Below, piece by piece: positions 32,985-43,143 of a DNA stretch of 64,000 nt (position 1 is the stretch's first letter; each line of letters begins with the position of its first letter). The translations under genes and the position numbers were made by a program. This stretch comes from Methylobacillus sp. GTDB taxonomy: Bacteria; Pseudomonadota; Gammaproteobacteria; Burkholderiales; Burkholderiaceae_C. Location of the stretch: contig JABBAS010000010.1 in NCBI GenBank assembly GCA_018607835.1, positions 16,930-80,929 on the forward strand, given 5' to 3'. The notes below the pieces were generated by a model. That model was not told where the DNA came from. It did no database searches and was given only the letters and a program-made list of their open reading frames with translations.

Positions 32985-33875
32985 ATGCACACCACCATCA
33001 TTTCAGCCGAGACGCTCCAGCGCCAGCTCCAAGGTGAGCCCAACCACACATCGCCATGGGTCATATTGGACGTCACCTTCGATCTATTCAAACCCGAAGA
33101 GGCACGCCAAGCCTTTGCAAGCAAGCACATTACCGGCGCCATTCATGCTGACTTGGATCACCACCTGAGTGCCAACGGCGACGCGCCGTGTGCAAGTGGC
33201 GGGCGTCACCCGTTGCCAACGCGCGAGGCATTTGCAATGGTATTGGCGGCTTGGGGTATCACACCGCAAACACAAGTCGTGGTCTACGATCGCAACGGAC
33301 ACACCTTCTGCGGTCGTGCTTGGTGGATGTTGAAGTGGTGCGGTCATGACAGCGTTGCCGTCTTAGACGGTGGCTTGGCCGCTTGGGAGGCCATCGGTGG
33401 GGCAACGACAGACGAACACACGACGCCAAACGCCGCGCCGCCCTACCCCCTGAACACACCACGCATGGTCTTACGAGACAAGCAAACCGTGCAAGACAAC
33501 CTAGGCGGTACGCAAACCGTTGTGGATGCGCGCGCAGGCGCACGTTATCGTGGTGAAGTGGAGCCACTTGACCCCGTGGCTGGACACATTCCTGGCGCGC
33601 TCAACCTGCCATTTAATGAAAACTTCGATGCAGACGGCCGCTTTAAATCGCCCTCCGCATTACGTGCGTTATGGGAAAAGGTATTGGGCGACCGCCAACC
33701 CGAGTCGGTTGTGATGCAATGCGGCAGTGGTGTGAGCGCTGTGCCCAATATTTTGGCGATGCAATTAGCAGGGTGGGCGGCACCGGCGCTGTACGCTGGG
33801 AGCTGGAGCGAGTGGAGCCGCGACCCCGAGACGCCCAAGCAAACCCTAGAAAAAACGCCTCCGGCAGACGCTTAA
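32985..33875 (+). CDS. sseA: Tandem-rhodanese sulfurtransferase (3-mercaptopyruvate sulfurtransferase, SseA-like)
   Basis: GRHPLP, VLDGG, DAR...RYRG, GHIPGA, active-site CGSGVSA, YAGSWSEW. Start ATG 32985 with AGAGGA RBS. Confidence 0.85.
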   Translation: MHTTIISAETLQRQLQGEPNHTSPWVILDVTFDLFKPEEARQAFASKHITGAIHADLDHHLSANGDAPCASGGRHPLPTREAFAMVLAAWGITPQTQVVVYDRNGHTFCGRAWWMLKWCGHDSVAVLDGGLAAWEAIGGATTDEHTTPNAAPPYPLNTPRMVLRDKQTVQDNLGGTQTVVDARAGARYRGEVEPLDPVAGHIPGALNLPFNENFDADGRFKSPSALRALWEKVLGDRQPESVVMQCGSGVSAVPNILAMQLAGWAAPALYAGSWSEWSRDPETPKQTLEKTPPADA

Positions 33876-34732
33876 TGCCCGTGGCCGCTGTGCGCCAAAG
33901 CGCCCACTAGAAACACCAGACCGATACCCAAGATGAGCCATGTGAGTTGTCCGACAGAGTCGCGCAAGCTTGCTTGACGCTGCAGCTGCGGAATCAGGTC
34001 TGCCAAGGCAACATAAATAAAACTACTGGCGGCAATCACTAAAAAGTACGGCAAATAGGCGCCGAACTGAGCCAACAAAAAATAACCCGCAACGCCGCCC
34101 AATGCCGTCACCGTCCCCGCTAGGGACACCTTAACCAGCGCACTGCGGGCGTTGCCTGCGGCATGACGCAACACCACTAAATCCCCCATGTGATGGGGAA
34201 CCTCGTGGGCCAGCACCGCCAGCGACGCCAGCATGCCCAGTCGCCAATCGGCCATGAAAGCCGAAGCGATCAAAATACCATCGCCAAAAGCATGCACACT
34301 GTCACCGACCAAAACCGCCCACCCGCCGGAACCTGTCGTTCCGTGTGCATGTGTATGGGCATGTGCATGCGCGTGGTTGTGTGCATGGGCAGACGACGCC
34401 TGCCCATGTCCAGCCCCAGGGTCGCCTAGCGTATCCAAATCTAAGCCCTGCTCACCATGCTCGTGGCCATGGTGGTAGAGCTCGGCTTTGTCCAAAATAA
34501 AGAAAAACACCACGCCTGCCAAGAGGAAGGCAAACAAGGCGTCAGCAGAAATGCCCGCCGCCAACGCCTCGGGTAATAACTGCAATAGGGCCGTGGACAG
34601 CAAGGCACCTGCGGCAAAACTCAGCATGTGTTTGGTGAGGCGAGCCATGATGCCAAAACTCAGCATCGCGGCTATCCACACGCTCCCAACGCCAGCGATT
34701 ACCGTACCAGCAAGAATCCAAATTAAGGCCAT
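33872..34732 (-). CDS. ZIP family metal transporter
   Basis: SFAAGALL, His-rich loop HAHNHAHAHAHTHAHG, GDSVHAFGDG, AHEVPHHMGD. Confidence 0.9.
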   Translation of the reverse strand: MALIWILAGTVIAGVGSVWIAAMLSFGIMARLTKHMLSFAAGALLSTALLQLLPEALAAGISADALFAFLLAGVVFFFILDKAELYHHGHEHGEQGLDLDTLGDPGAGHGQASSAHAHNHAHAHAHTHAHGTTGSGGWAVLVGDSVHAFGDGILIASAFMADWRLGMLASLAVLAHEVPHHMGDLVVLRHAAGNARSALVKVSLAGTVTALGGVAGYFLLAQFGAYLPYFLVIAASSFIYVALADLIPQLQRQASLRDSVGQLTWLILGIGLVFLVGALAHSGHGH

Positions 34733-34758
34733 GAAAGGGTCAGCTCACAGATAAGCGG

Positions 34759-35661
34759 TTACACGCCGTTCTTTTTAAACCAAGCGACACACTGCGCCCA
34801 ACCGGCTTTGGCAGCCGCTTCCCGGTAGCTTGGGCGATAGTCCGCGTGGAACGCATGCGGCGCATCGTCAAAGACGACAAACTCACTTGCCTGAGCAGAG
34901 GCATTGCCTTTGGCTGCGGCTAAAGCGGCTTGCATTTGCGCCACGGTATCCAAACCAATACCCCGATCAGCGCCGCCGTAAAGCCCTAAAACCGGGGCCT
35001 GCAGCTGCGCTGCAATATCCACCGGTTGCTTGGGCGTGCGTGCGCTACGCTCGCCCACCAGGCGACCGTACCACGCCACGGCAGCCTTTACCTTGGGCTG
35101 ATGTGCCGCGTACAACCACGTCTGACGACCACCCCAACAGAAGCCCGTTACCGCCAACCTAGCGACGTCACCGCCGTTCGCTCCTGCCCATGCCACCACC
35201 GCGTCTAGGTCTTGCAACACCTGCGCATCGGGCACCTTGTTAACGACTTCCTTCATCAGGTCGGCCATCACCGCGTAGCCCTGGGCATCGCCTTGGCGCA
35301 TAAATAACTCCGGGGCCAAAGCCATGTAGCCAAGCTGCGCGAAACGGCGCGTCAGGTCTGCAATGTGTTCGTGCACGCCGAAGATCTCTGATAAAACCAA
35401 GACGACCGGGAATGGCCCCGCACCCGCAGGCATGCTGCGATACACCGGCACATCAAACCCCGCCACGTTGACCATGACCTCACCCTCCACGAGGCCTGCA
35501 CCGGAGGTACTAATCGCCGCCGCCTGAGCCATTTCTGGCAACACCGCCGCTGCGTACCCGACCCCAATGGTTGCGACCATGGCTGCTCTCCTTGTAACGG
35601 CTTCACTGCCTCTGTCTAATAATGACTTCGCGTCTGACATGTTGTTGTCGATGGTGGACAT
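34759..35661 (-). CDS. Dienelactone hydrolase family protein
   Basis: EIFGVHEHI, nucleophile GFCWGG, YGGAD, APHAFHADYR; RRAAM leader may be Tat-like. Confidence 0.88.
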   Translation of the reverse strand: MSTIDNNMSDAKSLLDRGSEAVTRRAAMVATIGVGYAAAVLPEMAQAAAISTSGAGLVEGEVMVNVAGFDVPVYRSMPAGAGPFPVVLVLSEIFGVHEHIADLTRRFAQLGYMALAPELFMRQGDAQGYAVMADLMKEVVNKVPDAQVLQDLDAVVAWAGANGGDVARLAVTGFCWGGRQTWLYAAHQPKVKAAVAWYGRLVGERSARTPKQPVDIAAQLQAPVLGLYGGADRGIGLDTVAQMQAALAAAKGNASAQASEFVVFDDAPHAFHADYRPSYREAAAKAGWAQCVAWFKKNGV

Positions 35662-35719
35662 GGTGATCTCCTAAGCGTAAACAATAAAAGTAGATGGAGT
35701 TTGCCACCAAATTCGCGCG

Positions 35720-38512
35720 TCAGTGGGCTTGCTCCCAGTTATTCCCCATACCCACCTCGGCCAATAAAGGCACCCGCAGGTTCGCTACCTCGGCCATCAA
35801 CGCCGGCACCTGTACGCGCAACCAATCCGCCTGCTCGGCCGGGAGCTCAAAGACCAATTCGTCGTGCACCTGCATGATCATCAACACGCCGTTATTGGCC
35901 GCATCCAAGGCCGCCTGAACTTTCAGCATGCTCATCTTAATGAGGTCAGCGGCTGTCCCCTGCATGGGTGCGTTAATGGCGGCACGCTCCGCGCCAGCCC
36001 GGCGAGGGCCATTCGGCGAGTTGATCTCAGGCAGGTATAAACGCCGTCCAAACACCGTCTCGACATAGCCCTGGGCCTTGGCCTGCTCGCGCGTGTCATC
36101 CATGTAGCGACGAACCCCGGGGTAGCGTGCAAAGTAGGTTTGAATGTAATTTTTAGCCGCGGTGTTGTCGATGCCCAAGTTCCGCGCCAAACCAAAGGCG
36201 CTCATACCGTAAATCAGGCCAAAGTTAATGACCTTGGCGTATCGACGCTGCTCGGTGGTCACCGTGTCGAGACCCACGTTAAAGATCTCCGCAGCTGTTG
36301 CGCGGTGGACGTCCAAGCCCTCCAAAAACGCGCGAATCAGGGCAGGGTCTTCACTCAGGTGCGCCATGATGCGCAGCTCAATTTGGGAGTAATCTGCGCT
36401 GGCAATCAGGCGCCCCTCAGGCGCCACGAAGGCTTCACGCACCCGCCGACCCTCTGCGGTGCGGATAGGGATGTTCTGCAAGTTGGGATCATTACTCGAC
36501 AAACGCCCCGTCACAGCAATGGCTTGGGCATAGTGGGTGTGCACGCGCCCCGTTTGGCTATTGGCCAAACCCGCAAGCTTGTCGGTGTAGGTGCTTTTCA
36601 ACTTGGCCAAGCCGCGGTACTCAAGAATGCACGCGGGCAAGGGGTAATCGGCGGCGAGCTTCTCCAACACCTCTTCGTCGGTACTGGGTGCACCACTGGC
36701 GGTCTTCTTGACCACGGGTAAGCCGAGTTGATTAAAGAAGATATCCCCAATTTGTTTAGGGGAAGCCAGATTGAAAGGCTTGCCGGCCAAGGTATGCGCC
36801 TGACTTTCTAGCGCGAGAATGCGTTGCCCCAGCGCATGACTCTGACTGGCTAAGGTGGGGGCATCAATGCGAACGCCATTGCGCTCTATACGGTAAAGGC
36901 CCTCGCTACTCGCCACCTCTAACGCATAGATGCGCGCCAAACCAGCCTCCGCCTGAATGCGTGGCCACAACACCCCGTGGACATCTAAGCATTGATCGGC
37001 GTCTTCACATGCGTACTGCGTCACTTGCTCAATATCGACCTGCGCGATGCTGATTTGATTGACCCCCTTACCGCACAGATCTTCGTAGCTGAGTCCTTTT
37101 CGCCCCACATGGCGCAAGGCCAAACTCTCTAGGCTGTGCGGGCGATGCACCTCTAAAACATAACTCTGCAGCATGGTGTCGTGCACATATCCGCGCACCT
37201 CAATGCCGTGACTGGCTAAGACATGGCGATCATATTTGACGTGCTGGCCTAATTTTGCGTGTGCAGGATTTTCCAGCCACGGCTTCAGCGCAGCCAAAAC
37301 GACGTCGAGTGCCAATTGCTCCGGCGCCCCCGGGTAGGTGTGCCCCACCGGAATATACGCCGCCTCGCCGGGTCTCACGCTCAAACTGATACCTACCAAC
37401 CGCGCCTCCAGCGGATTGAGCGAGGTGGTCTCGGTATCGATGGCCACCAAATCTGCCGCAACGCATTTAGCGACCCACGCGTCTAAATCCGACGCCTCAA
37501 AGACGGTGGTGTAGGCCACCGGGCCAGCAACCGCAGATACAACAGCTGGCTCGGCCACCGGGGCTGCGCCGCCGGGCGCACCGAACAAGTCACCCGATGT
37601 CGCTGCGCGCGCAGTCGCGGGTGCTGAACCCGCATGGGTCAGACTTTTAAAACCCATGCGCTCATAAAAAGCCATCAACGTGGCCTCTTCAGAGCCGCTC
37701 TTGCGCAAGCCCTCCAAGCTGGGCCAGGTGCTCACGTCAGCGCTTAAATCACAGTCAGTGCGCATGGTCACCAGCGCACGCCCTGTGGGCAGCCAGTCCT
37801 TCGCGTCGCGCAAGTTTTGACCCGCTACCCCTTTGATGTCGTCAGCGTGCGCCAGTAAGTTATCTAAAGAGCCGTACTCAAGCAACCACTTCGCCGCCGT
37901 CTTAGGGCCCACCTTCGCCACCCCGGGAACGTTGTCCACGGTATCGCCGACCAAGGTCTGATAATCAATCATGCGATCGGGCGGCACACCAAACTCTGCG
38001 GTGACCCCGGCCACATCGCGGCGCTTGCCGTTCATGGTGTCAACGACCATGATTTGCGGGTCCACTAATTGGCTTAAGTCCTTGTCTCCGCTGGAAATAA
38101 TGACCTTAAACCCCTGCTCTGCACCCCGTTTCGCTAGCGTGGCAATGACGTCATCTGCCTCGACGCCCGCAACCATGATCAGCGGCCACCCCAACAGTTT
38201 GACCACCTCGTGCACGGGTTCAATCTGCGCACGCAGGTCATCCGGCATGGGGGAGCGCTGTGCTTTGTATGCGGGGTACAAATCATCGCGAAAGGTCTTA
38301 CCTGGCGCATCAAAGACGCACACCGCGTAGTCGCTGGCAACCTCGCGACCCAGCGACTGCATCATATTGACCATCCCGCGCACCGCGCCTGTTGGCGCAC
38401 TTTGAGGGTCATTGCGGTCGACCCGCAAATCAGGCATGGCGTGAAATGCGCGGTACAGGTAACTGGAGCCGTCGACTAAGACCAGCGTTTTTTCGGAATT
38501 TGAAGTCGTCAT
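35720..38512 (-). CDS. polA: DNA polymerase I
   Basis: 5'-3' exonuclease VDGSSYLYRAFHA, EADDVI, GDKD; 3'-5' exonuclease DTETT; polymerase DYSQIELR, KVINFGLIYG, QVHDEL. Confidence 0.97.
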   Translation of the reverse strand: MTTSNSEKTLVLVDGSSYLYRAFHAMPDLRVDRNDPQSAPTGAVRGMVNMMQSLGREVASDYAVCVFDAPGKTFRDDLYPAYKAQRSPMPDDLRAQIEPVHEVVKLLGWPLIMVAGVEADDVIATLAKRGAEQGFKVIISSGDKDLSQLVDPQIMVVDTMNGKRRDVAGVTAEFGVPPDRMIDYQTLVGDTVDNVPGVAKVGPKTAAKWLLEYGSLDNLLAHADDIKGVAGQNLRDAKDWLPTGRALVTMRTDCDLSADVSTWPSLEGLRKSGSEEATLMAFYERMGFKSLTHAGSAPATARAATSGDLFGAPGGAAPVAEPAVVSAVAGPVAYTTVFEASDLDAWVAKCVAADLVAIDTETTSLNPLEARLVGISLSVRPGEAAYIPVGHTYPGAPEQLALDVVLAALKPWLENPAHAKLGQHVKYDRHVLASHGIEVRGYVHDTMLQSYVLEVHRPHSLESLALRHVGRKGLSYEDLCGKGVNQISIAQVDIEQVTQYACEDADQCLDVHGVLWPRIQAEAGLARIYALEVASSEGLYRIERNGVRIDAPTLASQSHALGQRILALESQAHTLAGKPFNLASPKQIGDIFFNQLGLPVVKKTASGAPSTDEEVLEKLAADYPLPACILEYRGLAKLKSTYTDKLAGLANSQTGRVHTHYAQAIAVTGRLSSNDPNLQNIPIRTAEGRRVREAFVAPEGRLIASADYSQIELRIMAHLSEDPALIRAFLEGLDVHRATAAEIFNVGLDTVTTEQRRYAKVINFGLIYGMSAFGLARNLGIDNTAAKNYIQTYFARYPGVRRYMDDTREQAKAQGYVETVFGRRLYLPEINSPNGPRRAGAERAAINAPMQGTAADLIKMSMLKVQAALDAANNGVLMIMQVHDELVFELPAEQADWLRVQVPALMAEVANLRVPLLAEVGMGNNWEQAH

Positions 38513-38644
38513 AAACCACATTATGCGCAAGCCCTACAATGTCGCTTGGCCGATCAGCCGCTTTTTTCGCACTTTCGTAGCGACGTCCCAGCGGTACGCC
38601 TCACAGACACCACTCCAAACCATCCCGGACACCCTCTATTCGTT

Positions 38645-39607
38645 ATGGCTGTTTACACCGAAGTTTCTGACGATCAGGCGCAAGCGCTGGTCAACACGCT
38701 TGACCTAGGCACCCTCACCGCTTTGCAAGGGATTAGCGGCGGCATAGAAAACAGCAATTTTTTCATGACGACCGAGAAGGACGGTGTGGCCAGCACCCAT
38801 GTGCTCACCCTGTTCGAGCGTTTGAGCCACGCACAACTCCCCTTTTACCTCGAACTTATGCGCCACTTGGCGGATAAAGGGGTCGCCGTACCGGCTCCAG
38901 TACCCAATGCCGAAGGGGCCATACTGCACACCGTTTGCGGCAAACCCGCTGCCGTTGTCAGCAAATTAGCGGGTAAAAGTCAGCTGGCACCCACCACGGT
39001 GCACTGCGCCGCTTTAGGCGAGACCTTGGCCAACATGCACCTCGCGGGACAAGACTACCCCAGCACGCAGCGCAACCTGCGCGGGCTGCCTTGGTGGAAT
39101 GAAACGGTCCCCGCCATTACCCCCCACCTGTCAGATGCACAACGGGCGCTGCTTGCCCAAGAGCTGGCCTTTCAAAACCACTGCCAAGCGGAGGCGCTTT
39201 ACCAAGCCTTGCCCAGCGGCCCCGTGCACGCCGACCTGTTTCGTGACAATGCCATGTTTGAAGGTGAGACCTTGACAGGCATTTTTGATTTTTATTTTGC
39301 AGGTAACGACTCTCTTTTATTTGACCTGTGCGTGTGTCTAAACGACTGGTGCATTGATCTCGCAACTGGCGTGTGGGAAGATGGTCGCGTGCAAGCCTTG
39401 TTGCAGGCCTACCAAGCCGTTCGCCCCTTAACCGCGGCGGAGCGCCAGATGCTTAACCCCATGTTGCGCGCCGCTGCCTTGCGTTTCTGGATCTCGCGGT
39501 TATGGGATTTTTACCTGCCGCGCGAAGCCAGTATGCTGACCCCTCATGACCCCACACACTTTGAACGCATCCTCACCCAACGGAGTCAACACGCGCTGAG
39601 CTTATGA
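38645..39607 (+). CDS. thrB: Homoserine kinase (type II, APH-like)
   Basis: MAVYT, GIENSNFF, VHADLFRDN, IFDFYFAG, LRFWISRL. Confidence 0.92.
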   Translation: MAVYTEVSDDQAQALVNTLDLGTLTALQGISGGIENSNFFMTTEKDGVASTHVLTLFERLSHAQLPFYLELMRHLADKGVAVPAPVPNAEGAILHTVCGKPAAVVSKLAGKSQLAPTTVHCAALGETLANMHLAGQDYPSTQRNLRGLPWWNETVPAITPHLSDAQRALLAQELAFQNHCQAEALYQALPSGPVHADLFRDNAMFEGETLTGIFDFYFAGNDSLLFDLCVCLNDWCIDLATGVWEDGRVQALLQAYQAVRPLTAAERQMLNPMLRAAALRFWISRLWDFYLPREASMLTPHDPTHFERILTQRSQHALSL

Positions 39608-40389
39608 AACTAAATATAGTGACCCCAAAAACAGGCGCTGAATGGGTGCGCGGTGGCGTACGCACTTTTTTCAAGCAGCCCCTGGCTTTGGGCGGCCTGT
39701 TCTTTTTATTCATGGGCGTTATCTCCGTGATCACCATGGTGCCCATGGTCGGCGGCGCACTCGCGCTTGCGGCCTTACCCGCCGCCACACTGGGACTCAT
39801 GCAGGCCTCTGCGATGGCCGCAGCAGGGACATTCCCCATGCCAAAGGTCTTGTTCACCGCCTTCATACATGGGGCAGCCAAGCGCCAAGCCATGTTGCAC
39901 CTAGGCGCGCTGTACACCGTGGCCTTTCTATTGGTTGTCGGACTTACGGTGTTGATCGACGGCGGACAGTTTGCAAAGGTTTACCTGTTCGGCGAGCCCG
40001 TGACCATGGAAATGATTGAGTCCGATGGTTTTTATACCGCGATGTGGGTGGGTACGCTGATGTACATCCCATTAGGCGCTATGTTCTGGCACGCCCCCGC
40101 CTTGGTTTTTTGGAACGACGTCTCACCCGCGAAAAGCCTGTTTTTCAGCATGGCGGCATGCTGGAAAAACAAGGGAGCCATGGTCGTCTACATGGGCTGC
40201 TGGTTTGTCCTGTTTGCGCTAGCGAGTCTGGTGATTGTCACCATCGCCTCGGCGCTCGCTGGCCCGCAGATGATCGGTGCCCTCGTCGCCCCACTGGGTA
40301 TGGTGTTGGCCTCTATGTTTTTCGCTTCGATTTACGCCACCTACCGCGATAGCTTTGTCATCGAACACATCGTGGACACCACGGTATAA
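39604..40389 (+). CDS. Multi-TM membrane protein, BPSS1780-like family
   Basis: About 6 TM segments, FWHAPALV...SLFFS..ACWKN; ATGA-coupled to thrB. Confidence 0.75.
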   Translation: MKLNIVTPKTGAEWVRGGVRTFFKQPLALGGLFFLFMGVISVITMVPMVGGALALAALPAATLGLMQASAMAAAGTFPMPKVLFTAFIHGAAKRQAMLHLGALYTVAFLLVVGLTVLIDGGQFAKVYLFGEPVTMEMIESDGFYTAMWVGTLMYIPLGAMFWHAPALVFWNDVSPAKSLFFSMAACWKNKGAMVVYMGCWFVLFALASLVIVTIASALAGPQMIGALVAPLGMVLASMFFASIYATYRDSFVIEHIVDTTV

Positions 40390-40416
40390 GCCCTCGCAAC
40401 CAGCCCCAGCGGCGAC

Positions 40417-42927
40417 CTATTCGACGACCGTGAGCTTGGCGACGCTAAGCGCCAGCCACTTGGTGCCATGCCGGGGAAAGTTCACTTGTGCCCGTGCATC
40501 GGCCCCCTGCCCCTCAATGGCAAGTACCTTGCCTTCACCAAATTTATTGTGAAAAACCGCCGTGCCCGCACGCAAGCCCGCCGCCGCATCACCGCGTGAC
40601 GTCGGCTCGGGATCTTTCCCGCCAGAGGTGTCCCCGTGCCATGCAGGCGACCACGCGGGGGAAGCGACTTTGGCGTTTGACTGAAACCCGTTCCACCCCC
40701 CCTTGTGCGCGCCACCCGCTTGGTTATCAGAGAACTGTCCCCGCGGCGGCGACAGCCACTTGAGGGTTTCTTCAGGCAACTCATCAAAGAAACGGCTGCG
40801 AATGTTGTAGCGCGTTTGCCCATGCAACATGCGTGTTTGCGAGTGGGTCAGATACAGACGTTTGCGCGCGCGCGTGATGGCAACATACATCAGGCGACGC
40901 TCCTCCTCCAAGCCGTCAAAGTCGGCCAGCGCGCGCTCATTGGGGAACAACCCCTCTTCTAGTCCGGTAATGAAGACAACGTCAAATTCCAGCCCCTTGG
41001 AGGCATGAACCGTCATGAGCTGCACCGCGTCTTGGCCAGTAGACGCTTGGTTGTCGCCAGCCTCCAACGCGGCGTGGGTTAGAAAAGCCGCTAAAGGGGA
41101 CAGTACCTCGCCCGTCTCCGCATCGGGCGCGGGCACCCCAACCCCATCCACCCCACCTGGCCGCTCGGTTGCCAAGGCCTCAAAAGGCAGGCTGTCATCC
41201 CAATCGCCAGACGCGGCGTCTTGCTCTGAGTCCAAGTCATGGCCCTTGTATGTGGCATTGAGCCCCGCATTGAGGGCTTGCAACTCTGCGTTAACGCGCA
41301 CATCGTCTTCAGGCAAGGCAACTGCGTCACGCCCGAAGCCCTCTTGGCTAACAAAGCTCTCCGCCGCATTCACCAATTCACCCAAGTTCTCTACCCGGTC
41401 TTGCCCCTCACGCTCGCTCTCGTAATGGGTCACGAGTGTCGAATAGTCCAACACCATTTCGATAATGTCGCGCAAATTTTTACCCACTGACTGCTCGCGC
41501 ATGACGTCAATTTTTGCCACAAAGGCGCGCAAGTTCACCCCGGCCTTACCCGACACCGCATCCACAGCATCGGACAAGGCACAACGGTGACTGGCTGCGG
41601 CATCCTGCAACTGCTCCACACTACGTGCACCAATCCCACGCGGCGGGAAGTTGACGACGCGCAAAAAACTGGTGTCGTCGCGTGGGTTCTCTATGAGCCG
41701 CAAATACGCCAAGGCGTTCTTAATTTCTGCCCGCTCGAAGAATCGCAAGCCACCGTAGACGCGATAAGGAATGCTGTTGTTAAATAAGCCAGTTTCTATC
41801 ACCCGGCTTTGCGCGTTGCTGCGATACAAGATGGCAATTTCCTGACGTGACATGCCCTCACGCACCAGTTGCTTGATCTCATCCATCAACCAGTCGGCCT
41901 CGGCGTAGTCAGAGGGCGCCTCCATGGCCCGCACCAATTCACCTGCACCGGCCTCGGTACGCAGGTTTTTCCCCAGGCGGTGGCGGTTGTTGCTGATCAG
42001 AACGTTGGCCGTATCCAAAATATTGCTGCAACTGCGGTAGTTGTGCTCCAGCTTAATTTGGTGCTTTACGTCGAACTCGCGCACAAAATCCGCCATGTTG
42101 CCGACACGTGCGCCCCGAAATGCATAGATGCTTTGGTCGTCATCCCCGACCGCAAGCATGGCATTGTCACCACCCGCCAAGAGCTTTAACCACTCGTATT
42201 GCAAGCGATTGGTATCCTGAAACTCATCCACCAAGAGGTGACGGAAACGCCGCTGATAGTGCTCCCTCACCATGGCGTTGTCACGCAACAGCTCGTAGCT
42301 TCTCAGAATCAGTTCCCCGAAATCCACGACGCCTTCTCGCTGACACTGCTCCTCGTAGAGTTGGTAGAGTTCAACTTTTTGGCGTGTATCCGAATCCCGC
42401 ACCTCCACATCGCCAGGCCGCAGACCGTCCTCTTTTGCACCTGCAATGAACCACACCAGCTCTTTCGGGGGAAATCGCTCACTGTCAATTTTGTATTGCT
42501 TGCACAGCCGTTTTATCGCCGAGAGCTGGTCTTGCGTGTCCAAAATCTGAAAAGTCGACGGTAGACCCACCAACTGGCAATGGGCACGCAGAAAGCGGTT
42601 GCACAACCCGTGAAACGTCCCTATCCACATCCCGCGTACGTTCACAGGCAACATGGCACTCAGGCGAGCCATCATCTCCTTGGCAGCCTTGTTGGTAAAA
42701 GTGACCGCAAGCACGCCGCCCGGGGTAATCTGTCCCGTCTGTAACAACCACGCAATACGGGTGGTTAAGACGCGGGTCTTGCCCGACCCCGCGCCCGCCA
42801 AGATGAGCGCATGCGCGCTCGGCAGGGTGACCGCTGCAGCCTGTTCCGGATTGAGCGCCTCCAATAATGGAGAAGTCAAGGGGCCGGCGGGCGCGGCAGA
42901 ATCGGCGGAGTCGTGGGAAAGAGACAT
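40417..42927 (-). CDS. uvrD: DNA helicase II (UvrD/Rep family)
   Basis: AGAGSGKT, TFTNKAA, VDEFQDTN, VGDDDQSIY, MTVHASKGLEF, YVAITRA. Confidence 0.95.
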   Translation of the reverse strand: MSLSHDSADSAAPAGPLTSPLLEALNPEQAAAVTLPSAHALILAGAGSGKTRVLTTRIAWLLQTGQITPGGVLAVTFTNKAAKEMMARLSAMLPVNVRGMWIGTFHGLCNRFLRAHCQLVGLPSTFQILDTQDQLSAIKRLCKQYKIDSERFPPKELVWFIAGAKEDGLRPGDVEVRDSDTRQKVELYQLYEEQCQREGVVDFGELILRSYELLRDNAMVREHYQRRFRHLLVDEFQDTNRLQYEWLKLLAGGDNAMLAVGDDDQSIYAFRGARVGNMADFVREFDVKHQIKLEHNYRSCSNILDTANVLISNNRHRLGKNLRTEAGAGELVRAMEAPSDYAEADWLMDEIKQLVREGMSRQEIAILYRSNAQSRVIETGLFNNSIPYRVYGGLRFFERAEIKNALAYLRLIENPRDDTSFLRVVNFPPRGIGARSVEQLQDAAASHRCALSDAVDAVSGKAGVNLRAFVAKIDVMREQSVGKNLRDIIEMVLDYSTLVTHYESEREGQDRVENLGELVNAAESFVSQEGFGRDAVALPEDDVRVNAELQALNAGLNATYKGHDLDSEQDAASGDWDDSLPFEALATERPGGVDGVGVPAPDAETGEVLSPLAAFLTHAALEAGDNQASTGQDAVQLMTVHASKGLEFDVVFITGLEEGLFPNERALADFDGLEEERRLMYVAITRARKRLYLTHSQTRMLHGQTRYNIRSRFFDELPEETLKWLSPPRGQFSDNQAGGAHKGGWNGFQSNAKVASPAWSPAWHGDTSGGKDPEPTSRGDAAAGLRAGTAVFHNKFGEGKVLAIEGQGADARAQVNFPRHGTKWLALSVAKLTVVE

Positions 42928-42998
42928 ACCCCCATTGTAGAAACCTCTGGCGGGAAAAATTGCGCCGGCTAAACCGTTTCAATGACATGAAAATTCGG

Positions 42999-43143
42999 TA
43001 AAATCAGTCACCGGGCCCAAGTTTTTTGGCGTCCGGTTTTTTTTGGCCGGATAACAAACCAAGTGCTCACGTGCTGCAGCGCGTCGCCTAACCGCGATGG
43101 AACTGCATCGCCGACTAATCTCTTTAGAAACTTGGGAACCGCC
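42999..43143 (+). promoter_or_regulatory. guaC promoter (-10 TAAAAT) and structured 5' leader
   Basis: TAAAAT at 42999-43004. CCCAAGTTT (43016-43024) is complementary to AAACTTGGG (43128-43136), which overlaps the putative SD. Confidence 0.45.

Noticed and set aside
34345-34390. Repetitive GCAT/GTGT-rich DNA in the ZIP gene
   Set aside because: It simply encodes the His-rich cytoplasmic loop typical of ZIP transporters.
38546-38644. N-terminal extensions in the ORF track (thrB, scpA, sseA, guaC, xseB, AhpD-like, symporter and others)
   Set aside because: They are longest-ORF artefacts; downstream starts match family N-termini and/or have an SD or -10 signal.
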